Source: Octopus vulgaris
Taxonomy: Eukaryota
Direction of reading: 5' to 3'
Assembly: GCA_951406725.2 (NCBI GenBank)
Contig: OX597831.1
Location: 34,658,001-34,722,000 of the forward strand
DNA: 64,000 nucleotides
A model generated the notes under the pieces. That model saw nothing but the letters and a program-made list of their open reading frames with translations, was not told the DNA's origin and did no database searches. This document shows positions 54,144 to 64,000 of this stretch, in pieces; the stretch's first letter is position 1; each line of letters begins with the position of its first letter. The translations under genes were made by a program, and so were the position numbers.

Positions 54144-56542
54144 GTTGGTAAGAACATACAGTTTTTTTATTTACTTCTGTAAGCTTGTGTGTGTGTTTGT
54201 TCATATGCATATGAGTACATGCATTTATGCTATCACATCTAACACAGAATAAGGACCGAATTCATACAAATAATATATTTGACTGTTTAACTCCCTATCT
54301 CAGACATTGTTTTAGTAAGCAAGGTAATAGAACGAAAAGCAAAACCATAAACAGACTTCATATTTTGTCTTATTTACATTTCAACACATTTCTTTGACGT
54401 AGGTGCAGAGATATAAGAGCTGACAAATACATATTTTTCATATGTGATCATTTCACAGCTAAATGATGACTCATGTCATGAAATAATAGACTAAACATAA
54501 CAGGAAGAACTAGCCCAGAATTTAGAAATCACTTCTCCCCAGTTCACACAAGCATTTTACCTTTCACTTGTTTCAGTCACTTGATTGTGGTCATGCTGGG
54601 GCAGTGCTTTGAAGGGTTTTAGTGAAATGAATGGATCCTAGTACCTAATTTTTTTCTTTTTATGTTTTTCTTATTTTATTGGACTCTTTCTCTAGAACTA
54701 CTAAGTTACGGGGTACACAAACAAACCAACACCAGTTGATGGGTATGGGGAGTAAGAGACAAAGAGACACAGATTATATATACTCCTTTATTCTTTTATT
54801 TGTTTCAGACTGTGGCCATGCTGAGGCACCTTGAATTTTTTTAAGTTGAATGAATCAACCCCAGTGCTTATTTTTTTTAAGCCTGATACTTATTCCACCA
54901 GTCTCTCTTGCCAAACTGCTAAGTCATGGAGATGCAAGCACACCAACACCAGTTGTCAAGAGGTGGTGGTGGTGAACAAACACACCACACACATATATAT
55001 ATCACTGTATCAACCAGATTATTGATGTTGCTATTGTACTACCAGGAACTATATGGCTGCAAAGTGAGCTTATAAACATACAGCCATGTCAGTATCTACA
55101 TTCTATTTTACAAACCTTGAGAACTTTATTTTATTGTTAGATGTCAGTTTTCTAAAATTATAGCTTCTCCCCACCCTGGGCTTTTTTCTTTTTTTCCTTT
55201 TGGTAAGAGAAAATTCAATGTTATAAGACAGAATTCCTATGAACTTGACACAGAAATGATTTCATCAACCTATCTCCTTTAAATTTATAAATCTACAAAA
55301 TTTCAAAATGCATTATATTTCTTAACTTGCTTGTAGGCTTTTAGCAGAAATAAAAAAAAAAAACAACCCTTTTTAAAATCTTTTAGGTTGCAGATGTGGT
55401 TGGGTGTTCAAGAAAATTTTTGTGCAACTACTACATGGTTTTGGATTAAGCCCCATTGTATGGCAACTTGAATGTCTTCTACTATAGCCCTAGGTCAACT
55501 AATATCTCATAAATGAATTTGGTACACAGAAACTGCACAAAGCCCATCTCCTTCTTCCCAGCTGCCTCCCAACCGTTTATGCGTATGCTGATTTTCAGTA
55601 TTTGTCCTTGCTGACATTATGACCAGTCACCCTATGCTACTGAAGACTTCTGGAATACAAAAATCCTTTTACATGAAAACGGGTAAGAGTTGGTGACTGG
55701 AAGAGCATCCAGTCACATGATCGGTCTCAACTTCTCATGCAAACACATACTAGCATGAGAAAACAGAACTTAAATGAAGTGGAGTCAGCAAAGCAAAATG
55801 TAGACTGTATGTCAGTTTAAAAAGTAACGATGATGCTAGTTACACGATAGCCAAGACATGAGCAACAAAAGCAGAAATCTCAAAGCTATGAGATAATGCA
55901 TGATTCATTCAAAACAATGTGAATAAATAAGTATTCTATTTGTCAGAACTATCCGAATGTTAACAGGTTAAAGGAGAAGAAATCACACTAACAATTAGGC
56001 AAAGTCTATTCATACAGACTTCCAAGCTGCATAAATTTCAACTATAATCTGAAGCATTATTTTTGACCCCATCACCAAAGTTAAATGATCGAAAAAGACA
56101 CTAACCACTCCTTACCTACACAGGAGAATGGTAGCCTTCATTCTTATCCCATCTCTTTCAATATGGCATCCTACTATAGCAGCTTCATTTACTCAAAAAC
56201 TTTCTCAGCAAACCTAAACGCAACATTTTTCTGGGGTTTTTTTAAAAAATTTTTTTCTTCCCTTAAAGTTTACCAACATTAAAGCCAATCCCTTAGATTG
56301 TTATAATGCAGAAAGTTCTACAGCAAAGATCAGCCATCCTCCCAAAGTGTCAATTCTAATTAACTGCCTGATTGAACTATAATAAAAAAAATAATAAAAA
56401 ATGAAAAAATAAAAAAAAAGAGCCAGCAGAATTAATTGCCAAGTTTCTATAGGCTGCTATATTTCTCCAGATAAAATGAAGGAGTAGATTATTTCTATTT
56501 TTGAAGCATTATGATGTACAAACAGAGAGAGAGAGAGAGAGA

Positions 56543-56582
<40 letters not shown>

Positions 56583-57587
56583 GAGGGGGGGGATTTCACA
56601 TTTTAAGTATGTTATTTTTAATTTTGAAAAACGATTAATAATGGTGTTTTAGAGATACAAGCTAAATGGTAAAGAGGCATATTCTTGAATTAGTTTAATC
56701 CTAGTTCAATGTCAAAGCAAGAAATGTAGATTAAATGCATTCAAATCCTTCAAGCAAAATAGCCAACATAATCTAATCTGCCTTGCCATCTAATAAATCT
56801 GTTATACATGGATTTAAAATTAAAAAAAAAAAAACAAAAAAAAAAAACAATACTCTTACAGTTTTAAAATTATTAATGAAGGCATGCCCTCACCAGTGCT
56901 TTACGACTGCTTGATGAGCTAATCATAACTTCAGCTACTATGAACAACCAACTTTGAGAATATTGCATTTGTTGCAATCAATCACCATTATAATATTCAC
57001 TTTACCCTGCCAGCATAGGTTGGATATAATTTGTTGAGGTAGATTTTCAACAGCTGGATGCTCTTCCTGTCAGCAACCCTTACACATTTCCAGGCATTGT
57101 AATATTTTCCCTTGACTGCACATATTCTCATGGAAGACTGGAAATGAATGACATTGACTATATGACACAGATGTTTGCTTATATCTACTGTGAGATATCA
57201 AGGTAAGGAGACAATCACACATGAGGAGATTCTCTCAGTTTCTATCTACCGAGTCCACATACAAAAATTTTGGTTAACCTGGAGCTATAATAAAGGCACT
57301 TGCTCAAGGTGCTATGCAGTGAAAGCGAACCAAAACCCCACATGATTGGGAAGTAAAATGTGCAACCACGTCTGCCCAAATAAAGCATATAAAAAAAAAA
57401 AGAGAAACGAAAACAATGTGGAATTGTACATACCGAAATCTGTCTAGTTTTTCCAAAGCTGGAGCCCTGTCACATTGGTGGTAAGTGATCCGCATAGCAT
57501 TTGGCATGGTTGAACTTGAAACAACTTGTTGATCAGGGGCAATATTACTTCGGTAAGGTTTGCGAAGATGTATATCTTGTAATGACA
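8119..57587 (-). CDS. WASF: WAVE/SCAR (WASF family) gene, 5'-partial; CDS = join(57587..57434, 48887..48764, 11015..9854, 8306..8119)
   Basis: Four GT-AG exons with compatible phases. The translation gives the WHD C-terminus ([14 protein letters not shown]...[13 protein letters not shown]), basic region, Pro-rich region, WH2 ([15 protein letters not shown]), C (DVQAIM..RRK) and acidic tail with Trp (DENEWDSD*), the canonical WAVE domain order. Confidence 0.96.
9105..9480 (+). mobile_element. RTE-clade LINE reverse transcriptase fragment (decayed)
   Basis: Remnants IDELQF.FV.G.GTTD, VRQ, LRKL.V.EW.V, MYRDA.S, EFSVQ.G.HQG.VLSP.LFI. Confidence 0.8.
9668..9821. repeat. Direct repeat copy 1 (copy 2 at about 11970-12118)
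   Basis: Shared ccaatttcttagcatccat, atctttcatcttgtatttat, gctgtcacttgca.taagtatcac and cttgctttcac blocks. Confidence 0.8.
9854..11015 (-). CDS. WASF: WAVE/SCAR large exon: basic region end, proline-rich region, first half of WH2
   Basis: Acceptor ttttcag|CGT, donor T|gtaagt, 1162 nt open frame ([29 protein letters not shown]...P21...[13 protein letters not shown]). GC-rich against the background and overlaps the 385-aa ORF. Confidence 0.95.
12340..13020 (-). mobile_element. Possible decayed Penelope-like element fragment
   Basis: Weak GIY-YIG-like remnants (IFQIP, LNEHQ) and a GCCGAAACA terminal-like motif near 12450. Confidence 0.3.
13031..13953. mobile_element. Palindromic mariner-derived non-autonomous element (two inverted copies of a mariner 5' end)
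   Basis: TA at both ends and a mariner-type TIR (TTGGGTTGAGGAATAATTCATGAGCG). Arms at about 13031-13421 and 13551-13953 are reverse complements. Both carry a decayed transposase N-terminus ([22 protein letters not shown]...EICAVY.EGA...GRPIEFDE). Confidence 0.9.
17036..17110. repeat. (AAT)n microsatellite
   Basis: Directly visible. Confidence 0.97.
17524..17538 (-). CDS. Candidate 15-nt phase-0 microexon (RWLLE)
   Basis: gatgttag|AGGTGGTTGTTGGAG|gtatgc, with TGCATG about 70 nt downstream (17448-17453). An upstream AG would give a 24-nt form starting with TGA. Confidence 0.35.
20186..20408 (+). mobile_element. SINE family B copy, plus orientation
   Basis: ggtggcaagttggcagaaacgttagc...gagttcaaattcc...ctttgcttttcatcc. 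Confidence 0.8.
21365..21761 (-). mobile_element. Near full-length tRNA-derived SINE (family A)
   Basis: Head GGCGCAGGAGTGGCTGTGTGG with B box GGTTCAGTCCC, internal microsatellite and GTAAAAGA-repeat tail. Many related copies (for example 1895-2275, 29580-30080, 51245-51600, 52130-52540, 54560-55090, 60925-61075). Confidence 0.85.
23042..23221. repeat. (AT)n microsatellite with interruptions
   Basis: Directly visible. Confidence 0.97.
23409..23417 (-). CDS. Candidate 9-nt phase-0 microexon (DNV)
   Basis: About 35-nt pyrimidine-rich tract cttcatttctcctttctctcctcttggcctcctcctgtcag|GATAACGTG|gtatgc. Confidence 0.55.
24094..24108 (-). CDS. Candidate 15-nt phase-0 microexon (VITAQ)
   Basis: attttgttgctgttatag|GTGATCACAGCTCAG|gtttgt. 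TGC motif just upstream of the AG, U-rich flanks, frame-preserving. Confidence 0.55.
27385..27660 (-). mobile_element. RTE-type 3' tail repeat ending in (TGA)n
   Basis: catcatcatttagcg...ctggatgcccttcctaacgccaacc. Related copies at about 21800-21940, 33925-34065, 41640-41830, 53720-53930 and 56990-57210. Confidence 0.6.
27990..28700 (+). mobile_element. Decayed, internally deleted Tc1/mariner transposase (DD37D/maT-like)
   Basis: Frameshifted remnants [56 protein letters not shown]. Confidence 0.75.
31164..31229. repeat. (GA)n microsatellite
   Basis: Directly visible. Confidence 0.97.
33160..34920 (-). mobile_element. Head-to-tail cluster of SINE family B copies plus an RTE-type tail repeat
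   Basis: About five copies. A roughly 80-bp internal tandem duplication lies at about 33669-33830. Confidence 0.8.
35929..36157. repeat. Compound (AT)n/(GT)n/(CA)n microsatellite
   Basis: Directly visible. Confidence 0.97.
36642..36868. mobile_element. TTAA-flanked MITE, same family as 4061-4285, opposite orientation
   Basis: TTAACCCTTTAGCAT ... AATGTTTAAGAGTTAA. The interior is the reverse complement of the 4061 copy. Confidence 0.7.
37222..38015 (-). mobile_element. Cluster of three SINE family B copies
   Basis: Repeated gcacaaggcc...gatgaaaggcaaagtcaac...ctgccagctc blocks. Confidence 0.8.
38814..38840 (-). CDS. Candidate 27-nt phase-0 microexon (GVIFSATSK), with an inner acceptor giving a 13-nt form
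   Basis: gtcaacag|GGTGTTATTTTCAG^TGCAACTTCTAAG|gtcagt, followed by a long U-rich tract. Confidence 0.4.
40080..40405 (-). mobile_element. RTE-clade LINE ORF2 C-terminal fragment (decayed)
   Basis: Remnants [16 protein letters not shown]...TWALNAED, VQERR..WYRH. Confidence 0.65.
42692..42909. mobile_element. Degenerate copy of the TTAA-flanked MITE family
   Basis: Colinear similarity to 36642-36868. Confidence 0.6.
43150..43760 (+). mobile_element. CR1/L2-like LINE RT fragment (highly decayed)
   Basis: NSGA.Q..GL.PILFFL.FNNL followed by an ADD-like remnant, resembling GVPQGSVLSP.LF....NDL...FADD. Confidence 0.5.
44109..44180. repeat. Perfect 36-bp tandem duplication
   Basis: (atctagaataacattattcaatgggccctttcgctt)x2. 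Confidence 0.95.
45451..45477 (-). CDS. Candidate 27-nt phase-0 microexon (NEAWLYSGD)
   Basis: Strong acceptor ttttttgtttctgtttccttatag|AATGAAGCTTGGTTATATAGTGGAGAT|gtatag; the donor is weak. Confidence 0.3.
48764..48887 (-). CDS. WASF: WAVE/SCAR exon, end of WHD and start of basic region: [41 protein letters not shown]
   Basis: Acceptor tttttccag|G, donor AGA|gtaagt, 124 nt, phase 2 to 0. Matches the WAVE motif DGK..LKFYT.P.YFF.LW...M..D.E.K. Confidence 0.95.
49917..50133 (-). mobile_element. About 215-bp SINE (family B) with Deu/Nin-like core
   Basis: Head GGCGGCGAGCTGGCAGAAA, B-box-like TTCAAATTCC, family core GAGGTTGACTTTGCCTTTCAT(CC)...GATAAATTA.GTACCAG. More than 20 copies in the window. 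Confidence 0.8.
51245..51600 (+). mobile_element. SINE family A copy, plus orientation
   Basis: gctgtgtggttaag...ggttcagttccactgtgtggcaccttggg head. Confidence 0.75.
52130..52540 (-). mobile_element. SINE family A copy
   Basis: Colinear with 21365-21761. Confidence 0.8.
54102..54140. repeat. (GT)n microsatellite
   Basis: Directly visible. Confidence 0.97.
57434..57587 (-). CDS. WASF: WAVE/SCAR exon, WAVE homology domain: (V)[50 protein letters not shown](R)
   Basis: Acceptor ttttgtttag|TG, donor CG|gtatgt, 154 nt, phase 1 to 2. Resembles the WAVE motif SLQDI..RK.F.S....DQQ.....P......Y..C..PP.L..L..YR. Confidence 0.95.
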
Positions 57588-58539
57588 CTAAACAAAAGAA
57601 AACAAAAACTCAGAAATAAGTATAAAACATACACGGTTTATTTTTGTTCGTTTGTAGAAAAGTTTTTTTTTTTTAATTTTTATTTAAACAGAATTCCTTC
57701 AAAAATTACAGGTATTATTATTGTACAACAATTTAAAGGTTTTAAACATTAAACAAAAAAAAATGTGAATAAATGCTTTAAAAAAAGTAAATATTATAAT
57801 TATTTTTTTTTTAAATTTCCCTTATTTTTTTCTCTTTCTGAAAATAATAAAATGAAACTGTAATGACTGAAATATCTTTAATAAAATATTAATTTCAATA
57901 AATCGTTACAAATTATTCAGGTGAAGCATTTCAAAAGAAATAAGAGGTAGAAATTAGTATTGTTTTAAAAATACTGAAAACAAACAAAATGTAAGGATTC
58001 TTTAAGTTAAAAAATAACCTAAAATGAAAAATGTTTTTAATTCTCTGGTTAAAAATTTAAATCGTTATCTGCTAAAAATAAAATTAAGTTTAAATTAAAT
58101 GAAAATGTTCTACAATAGAAATATAGTATTTTAAGCGTGATTAATCAAATATTTTTACAAACCTACCTAAAAAAAGTGAATACACATACACAGACGATTT
58201 GAAATAAAAACCAAAAACAAGTAGAAAGATTGTACTAAGGGAAAAGAGAGAGAATGGAGAAAAAATGAGAGAAAAGAGAGAAGAGATTAAGGAAGGTGGG
58301 TAAGAGAAATAGTTGAAGACAGGGGAAAAATATTCATTAATAACAACTGGAGTAATAAGGAAAATGAATCCTGTTAATCTATACAACTTCCTACATCGCC
58401 AACCATGTCACTCATGTGAGAAACATGCCTCAACCTTTTCTGAGTATACTAATTAGTACAAATGAAATCACTTGAGATTTATAAGGGAGCTAACTTAAGG
58501 CTGTTCTCTGTTGTTGGGCAGTAAACAACAGGGAGAGGA

Positions 58540-59170
58540 TGAATTAAAGGGTACCAGCTGGATAGAAGTAGGGAATTTGAAGTTCAGATGGACAGAACTC
58601 TAGGTTGGTGTACCACAGGGCTGGCCAACCTGAAGTCTGCGGGCTGCAAACTTTTATCTTGCGGCCCACTTGATACTTTCTTGAAATGGGTTTATTTAAA
58701 CAAACATTTAAAAAATTCTATCAAAAATTAAAGATTGTAATGAAAAGCAAAAAAGAAAGATACTACTGTTTTTGCAACGATAATATTTCATGTTGAATCA
58801 ATGATCATTCATTCAATATTGAAATAATATCATGGGAAAGCAAAATGCTTTCAATTCTGTCAGTATACAAGTGGCCCTCAAAAAACTTTGTGATTAAAGT
58901 GGTCTGCAATGTAATTTGAGTTGGCCAGACCTGGTGCACCATACAGACTGGACAGATCTAAGGATGGATATACTAACCAGATTGGTACAACTGTGGGAAA
59001 AACTGTAGATAGATGTAGGGAACAGGACAGAACACTAAGCAAGCAGATGTACCCAACAGGTTGCACTAAATTCTGGGTAGATTGAGTACACAAGCTAGAC
59101 AGAGCTATGGATGGGTGAGTATACACAACAGGCTGGGCAGAACTGTGGGTGGATGTACCCAGCAGTTGAG
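58540..59170. repeat. Degenerate minisatellite, unit about 33-36 bp (caggctggacagaactgtgggtggatgtacccaa-like), interrupted by the hAT MITE
   Basis: Recurrent ggacagaact / ggatgtaccca submotifs on both sides of the MITE. Confidence 0.6.
58616..58933. mobile_element. hAT-type MITE
   Basis: TIRs CAGGGCTGGCCAAC ... GTTGGCCAGACCTG. 8-bp target-site duplication GTGTACCA/GTGCACCA. Confidence 0.85.
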
Positions 59171-61721
59171 TTTATTTTTCTATAATGGGCATGGTTTAGA
59201 CATATATACAGAGGCTTATTTGTTGACAGTGAGTTATCAACAAATGGCACAGTCTAACCCAGTGCAGAGTCACATGCAGAGGATTCCTTACAGTCATTGT
59301 CTACCAGACCCACTTACAAGACATATATTATTAGTAAGGAGAGAAATGGCAGTGCTCATGACCTTTGCAGATTTCCACTGGCAGGTGAGGTTGATGCAAA
59401 CATTGCCCAAGCTGAACAACTGCAGGTGACAGACTATATTCTGCTGAATCTGAGATAGTGTCATAAAAAAAAAAAGTTGGGGTAGATGGTCAGTCACAAC
59501 ACATTTAATCATTAGTTTGCTTTGGTCAAGGCTGACATTGATGTGGTTGGTATAAACAAAACATTTTCGTCTTCTTTAGACCTTTCCATTTCTATGAGGC
59601 TGAATATTTAAACTATGAGGGCATCTCGGCCATGGTTTATTTCACCCCCAAGACATACCAACGTTCCTGATGTAGCTTACCCTAACTAGTTACCACAAGC
59701 TCACAAACATTTTCTCATTGATCTGGTTACTACCCAATTCACACAAGTGAAACAAATATTTGATTAAATCAAAAGACACGAGAATTATCATGGCTTAGAT
59801 TTAGAACATGAGAGACGTTTCAAAGCAGAAAGTTGGATTATTTTGAACTGCGCAAAGTATGATCTAAATGGAAGATAAATGAGACAATATCTGTTCAGTC
59901 ATTTTATGAACAAAGTTAAGATAAATGGCAGAGAAGGAGGGAGAAATGAAAACAATATGTCCTATCAAAATAGAAAATTATTAAATGTACTTAAATTACA
60001 TAAATTAATTTTATATAATTATTTAAAAAATAAAGATGAAGAAAAAAAATGTAAAAATGTCTCTTTGAATTATGAATTACTGGAGAGAAGAACAGAGAGG
60101 AAAGGTAGAAGTGAATGAGTTAGTCGAGAAAAGAGGGAAATAGTGAGAGCAGAGAAAGAGAGAGGGGGAGAATAGAAAGAACAACAGACAAAGTGAAAGA
60201 TAGGGAGAGAGTGAGGAGAAAAAGTGGGAGAGGAGGTGGAGAACAATTTTGAATCCATCCATTAAAGAAACATTAAATAGTATTTAATGAGATGATTTCA
60301 ATCTGGAATATCATCATCATGATCATATTATCTAACTTCCCTCAAGTAGTATGCATTTAAGTTCCTCAATATATACATTCACAAACACTGTGTGTGCGTG
60401 TGTATGAAACTAATCATTGCTATTATGCCACTGTATTAGACAAAGGTAAAAATATTTATCTAGCAGTTGAGGAAGGTACCAAAAGGACAAAGAAATATTT
60501 TGGTGAACTGAGTTGCCGACTCAGAGTCAAGTCCCTGAGTTTAATCATCTTCCTTCCCACATCTATCTTCAATAATAACCTACAAGAGACAAATTATTAC
60601 AACAGCCTTTACCTTCCCCTCCATTCTTTCTCGCTTCTCGCTTCTTTAAACTCAATTGACCTAATTACTTATAAGTGAACAGTATTAATTACAAACTATT
60701 AAATAGAACATGCCAACACTTAGTACATTGACTATAGAACTAACAGAGAGAATGTCATACAACAGTAGTTATTGTCTCTTTTTGCTGAGGTCATCTTTGC
60801 CTTTCACCATTCCAAGGGCAACACAGTACAAGTCACCGAAAGGAACCACTTGAATCGACTGCTTCCTTTCCTGTACTTATATCCAAGTTAGATACACATT
60901 TATCTCAAAGTTTGTTATCTGAAGTTGCATGGCTATATGATTAAGTAGTTTCTTTCCTATTCACATGGTTCCAGGTTCAGTTTCACTGCATGGCACCTTG
61001 GGCAAGTGTCTTCTGCTACAGACTTGGGCCAACCCAAATATTGCAAGTGGATTTTGTAGGGGGAATGGAAACGTTTGTTGTGTGTATATTTGTGCATATG
61101 AAAGTGCTTGTTTACCTGACGGCATTTCACACAATAGTTAAGGGAGGCGGTGGGGATAAAAAAAAATAATATGCACATTATCTCAACCAGAACAATTATG
61201 TATATCAGTTTTTTTTTGTTTTTTTTTGGCTTGGACTGGATTGCCCATGCTCAGTCCACTGCAAGATGAAGGCTCTAGCATATTCTCACCACCAAATATG
61301 GTCAAATGTGAAGGCCATGAATCTGAGCTTGAGATTAAACTGGTTTGATGAGAATACTCTGCCACACTAGCTCAGCATGGCTTGGCAGAGGGTGCAGCTT
61401 TTATACCCATACTCAGGAATAGTTAAGCTGATTATATTGACCCAAGTGCTCAACTGGTCCTTATTTTATCGACTCCGAAGGGGATGAAAGGCAAAGCGAG
61501 CTTCAGCGGGATTTGAACTAAGAATGTAAAGATAGATGAAATACCACTAAGTGTGCTAATGATTCTAACAGCTTACCACCTTTTGTTTTATTGACCCTGA
61601 AAAGATGAAAAGTGAAGTTAACCTCAATGAAATTTGAACTCAGAGTATAAAGAGGAGGAAATGTAACAGGATATTTTTCCAAAGCTCTAACAACTCTGCC
61701 AGCTCACCACCATAATAATAG

Positions 61722-62761
61722 TAACAAGAGCACTCAGAGATGGCAAACCTCTGCCAAGGTAACACCAACATTCTCTCAATGATTAGCCGGAGTTTTTTTA
61801 AATGAGAATATCTGAAATAAACCTGATTGCTCACACAAACAAGAATACTAAAAATGAACCTAACCACTCTCAAAAATTAAGTAAAAAAAACAGGGAAAAT
61901 AATCCAGAATCCTTGTTTGGTACCTGATCGATCCCAATAGTAGTCGTGGAATGTGAAGGTGGGTGTGCGAGCTGTGTTTGTAATGCTGTGTGTGTGTTGT
62001 CTGCAGTGGAACAGGGACAATTTTTTCTATGAAGGCCTTTTTTCATCTATCCACTCATATAGTATCTTTACGACCATTAAGGTCTATAGTGAAAAATTTA
62101 GACAAGCATGAAAGAAAATGGAAACGACCTGCATATGGTGCTGTTAATGGAAGTTTAACAACTTGTTGCACACAAAAATATGAGTCCAAGAAGTAAAGCT
62201 TCCTTCAAGGCAGAGCTAGAAAATGCAATTGTCAAGTAGGTACGAGGTTTTAAACAGGAGTGATATATTTAAAATTGATAAAACTAAAAATTGTCAAGAA
62301 TAAATTAAATTTATTGTTACTAAATATGCTAGCATTATGTAACTTCTGAACAGTTTTGCTGCCGTTTGTTTATGTAGTTTGATTTCTTTATCCATCAGTT
62401 TCTACTAAGATAGAGATGCGAGTAAAATTAATATTAGGGAAATGAAAATAATACTTTGGAAACAACAATGCCACCATAACTTACATGGAAACCATGTGTG
62501 CTTTCAAAGGGGATAACCAGAAAGTCAATGTAAGATCATAACACTTCATGTAAGGTAAATATAACAAATAATCCAGAATCCTTGTCCAGTCCCCAAATCG
62601 ATCCTAAAATTTAATCAGTTCATGCCAGTCATGAGGCCAAACATCCCTGAAAGTTTCATCCAAATCCATCCAGAGGTTCTTGAGATATCTTGTCCACAGA
62701 CAAATAAACAAACAAACACAACTGAAAACAATACCTCTGCCTTTGCTAAGGTGGAGGTTAT
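61722..62761. mobile_element. Helentron/DINE-1-like non-autonomous element, interrupted; related fragment at about 30472-30610
   Basis: AACAAG start, subterminal AAACCTCTGCCAAGG, (ACAA)n tract and terminal hairpin ACCTCTGCCTT-tgct-AAGGTGGAGGT. Confidence 0.6.
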
Positions 62762-62959
62762 AAGCCAAGGAAATGAACAGTTGTCTTTTGGTGAAAACCA
62801 TTTCTTAAAGTTTGCAATTGTGGATTAGTTTGTATACCATAGGGAAACATACTTCTGATTCAAATTTTACAAGCATAGAACTAGATTAATAAAATCAATA
62901 AAGCCAGTAAGTTAGTTATTGTGAACACCATCACCACCAAGATGAAGTTTCTAACAGAG

Positions 62960-64000
62960 GTACAAAGTTAAAATTTTAGTGGCAGGGAGGGCACAGTTAA
63001 TTATATCAACCCTGATACTTAACTGGCTCTTTAATTTGTTGACCCAGAAACGATTACAAAGATAAAGTTGGCTTTGGTGGCATGTGAATTTAGAACTTAA
63101 AGAGTTGTAGCCAAATATCATCCAATGCTCTAAGAGCCCACATCCTTTGATAATGACTTCAAACATAGAAGCAAGGCTTGAAATTCAGTGGTGGGAAGAG
63201 TATGGGGTTAACTGATTAAATCAATTCCAATATTTGATTGATATTTTATCAACTTTGGATGTATAAAATGCAAAGTTGACCATGGCAAGGTTTGAACCCA
63301 GAATGTAAGGAGTGGAAAGAAATATGGCAAGATATTTTATCTCATGCTCTGAAGATTATGCTAATCAAACGCCTTCCACAGAAATCCTTTCTATTACAGC
63401 TGATTACCTCGACCCCCGTTCTCAACTGGTACATATTTTATCAACCCAGAAAGGATGAAAAGCAAAGTCAACCATGACAGAATTTGAACTCAGAATGTAA
63501 AAATGAAAGAAATGCTGTTAGGCATTTTGTCTGGCATGGGGGTGGCTTTGCCAGCTCATTTCTAATATAGGTAAAAGGCCTTGGAAGGATGAAAGAAAAG
63601 CAAAGTTGACCATGGCAACCGATTTCAATTCAGAACATGAAGACCAGAAGGAATACTGCAAGGAATTCCCCCTGCCCCCATGCTCTAGCAATTCTGACAA
63701 TCCACGGTATGAAAATAATTGTTTCCAATTTAGACACAGGGCCAGCAATTTGTGGGAGGGTATTAGTTGATTGCACTGACTTATTACTATAATGGTATTT
63801 TATCACCACCAACAGGATGAAAGGTCACGCTGACCTCGGTGAAATTTGAACTGGGAATGTAAGGAGTCAGAGGACATGTTGGAAAGTGCTCTTTTCCTGC
63901 CACTCCTGCCAGCTCATCACGTTCAATAATGATAATTTCTTATTTAAGCACGAAGCTAGTAATTTGGGTGGTGGTGGGGTTAGATACCATCAACCCCAAT
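62960..64000 (-). mobile_element. Head-to-tail array of SINE family B copies
   Basis: About six consecutive decayed copies running to the window end. Confidence 0.8.

Noticed and set aside
60394-60678. KYFGEL motif reminiscent of the WAVE WHD IFGEL
   Set aside because: Wrong strand and no further similarity. The upstream WHD exons were not found in the window.

Overview
Eukaryotic, AT-rich, microsatellite- and SINE-dense DNA. The repeat families look like those of an octopus (coleoid cephalopod); this is an inference. Most of the window holds the 3' part of one minus-strand gene, a WAVE/SCAR (WASF family) Arp2/3 activator. Four GT-AG exons (57434-57587, 48764-48887, 9854-11015, 8119-8306) splice in frame and encode the end of the WAVE homology domain, the basic region, the proline-rich region and the VCA tail; the 5' exons lie beyond position 64000. 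The 37.7 kb phase-0 intron inside the basic region contains TE-poor, U-rich islands with several candidate frame-preserving microexons (9-27 nt), a candidate truncating terminal exon and a possible recursive or poison splice site. All of these are predicted from splice motifs only. The rest is tRNA-derived SINEs, RTE/CR1/Penelope-like fragments, Tc1/mariner, hAT and piggyBac-like MITEs, a Helentron-like element and simple repeats. Almost all other ORFs in the track are spurious.
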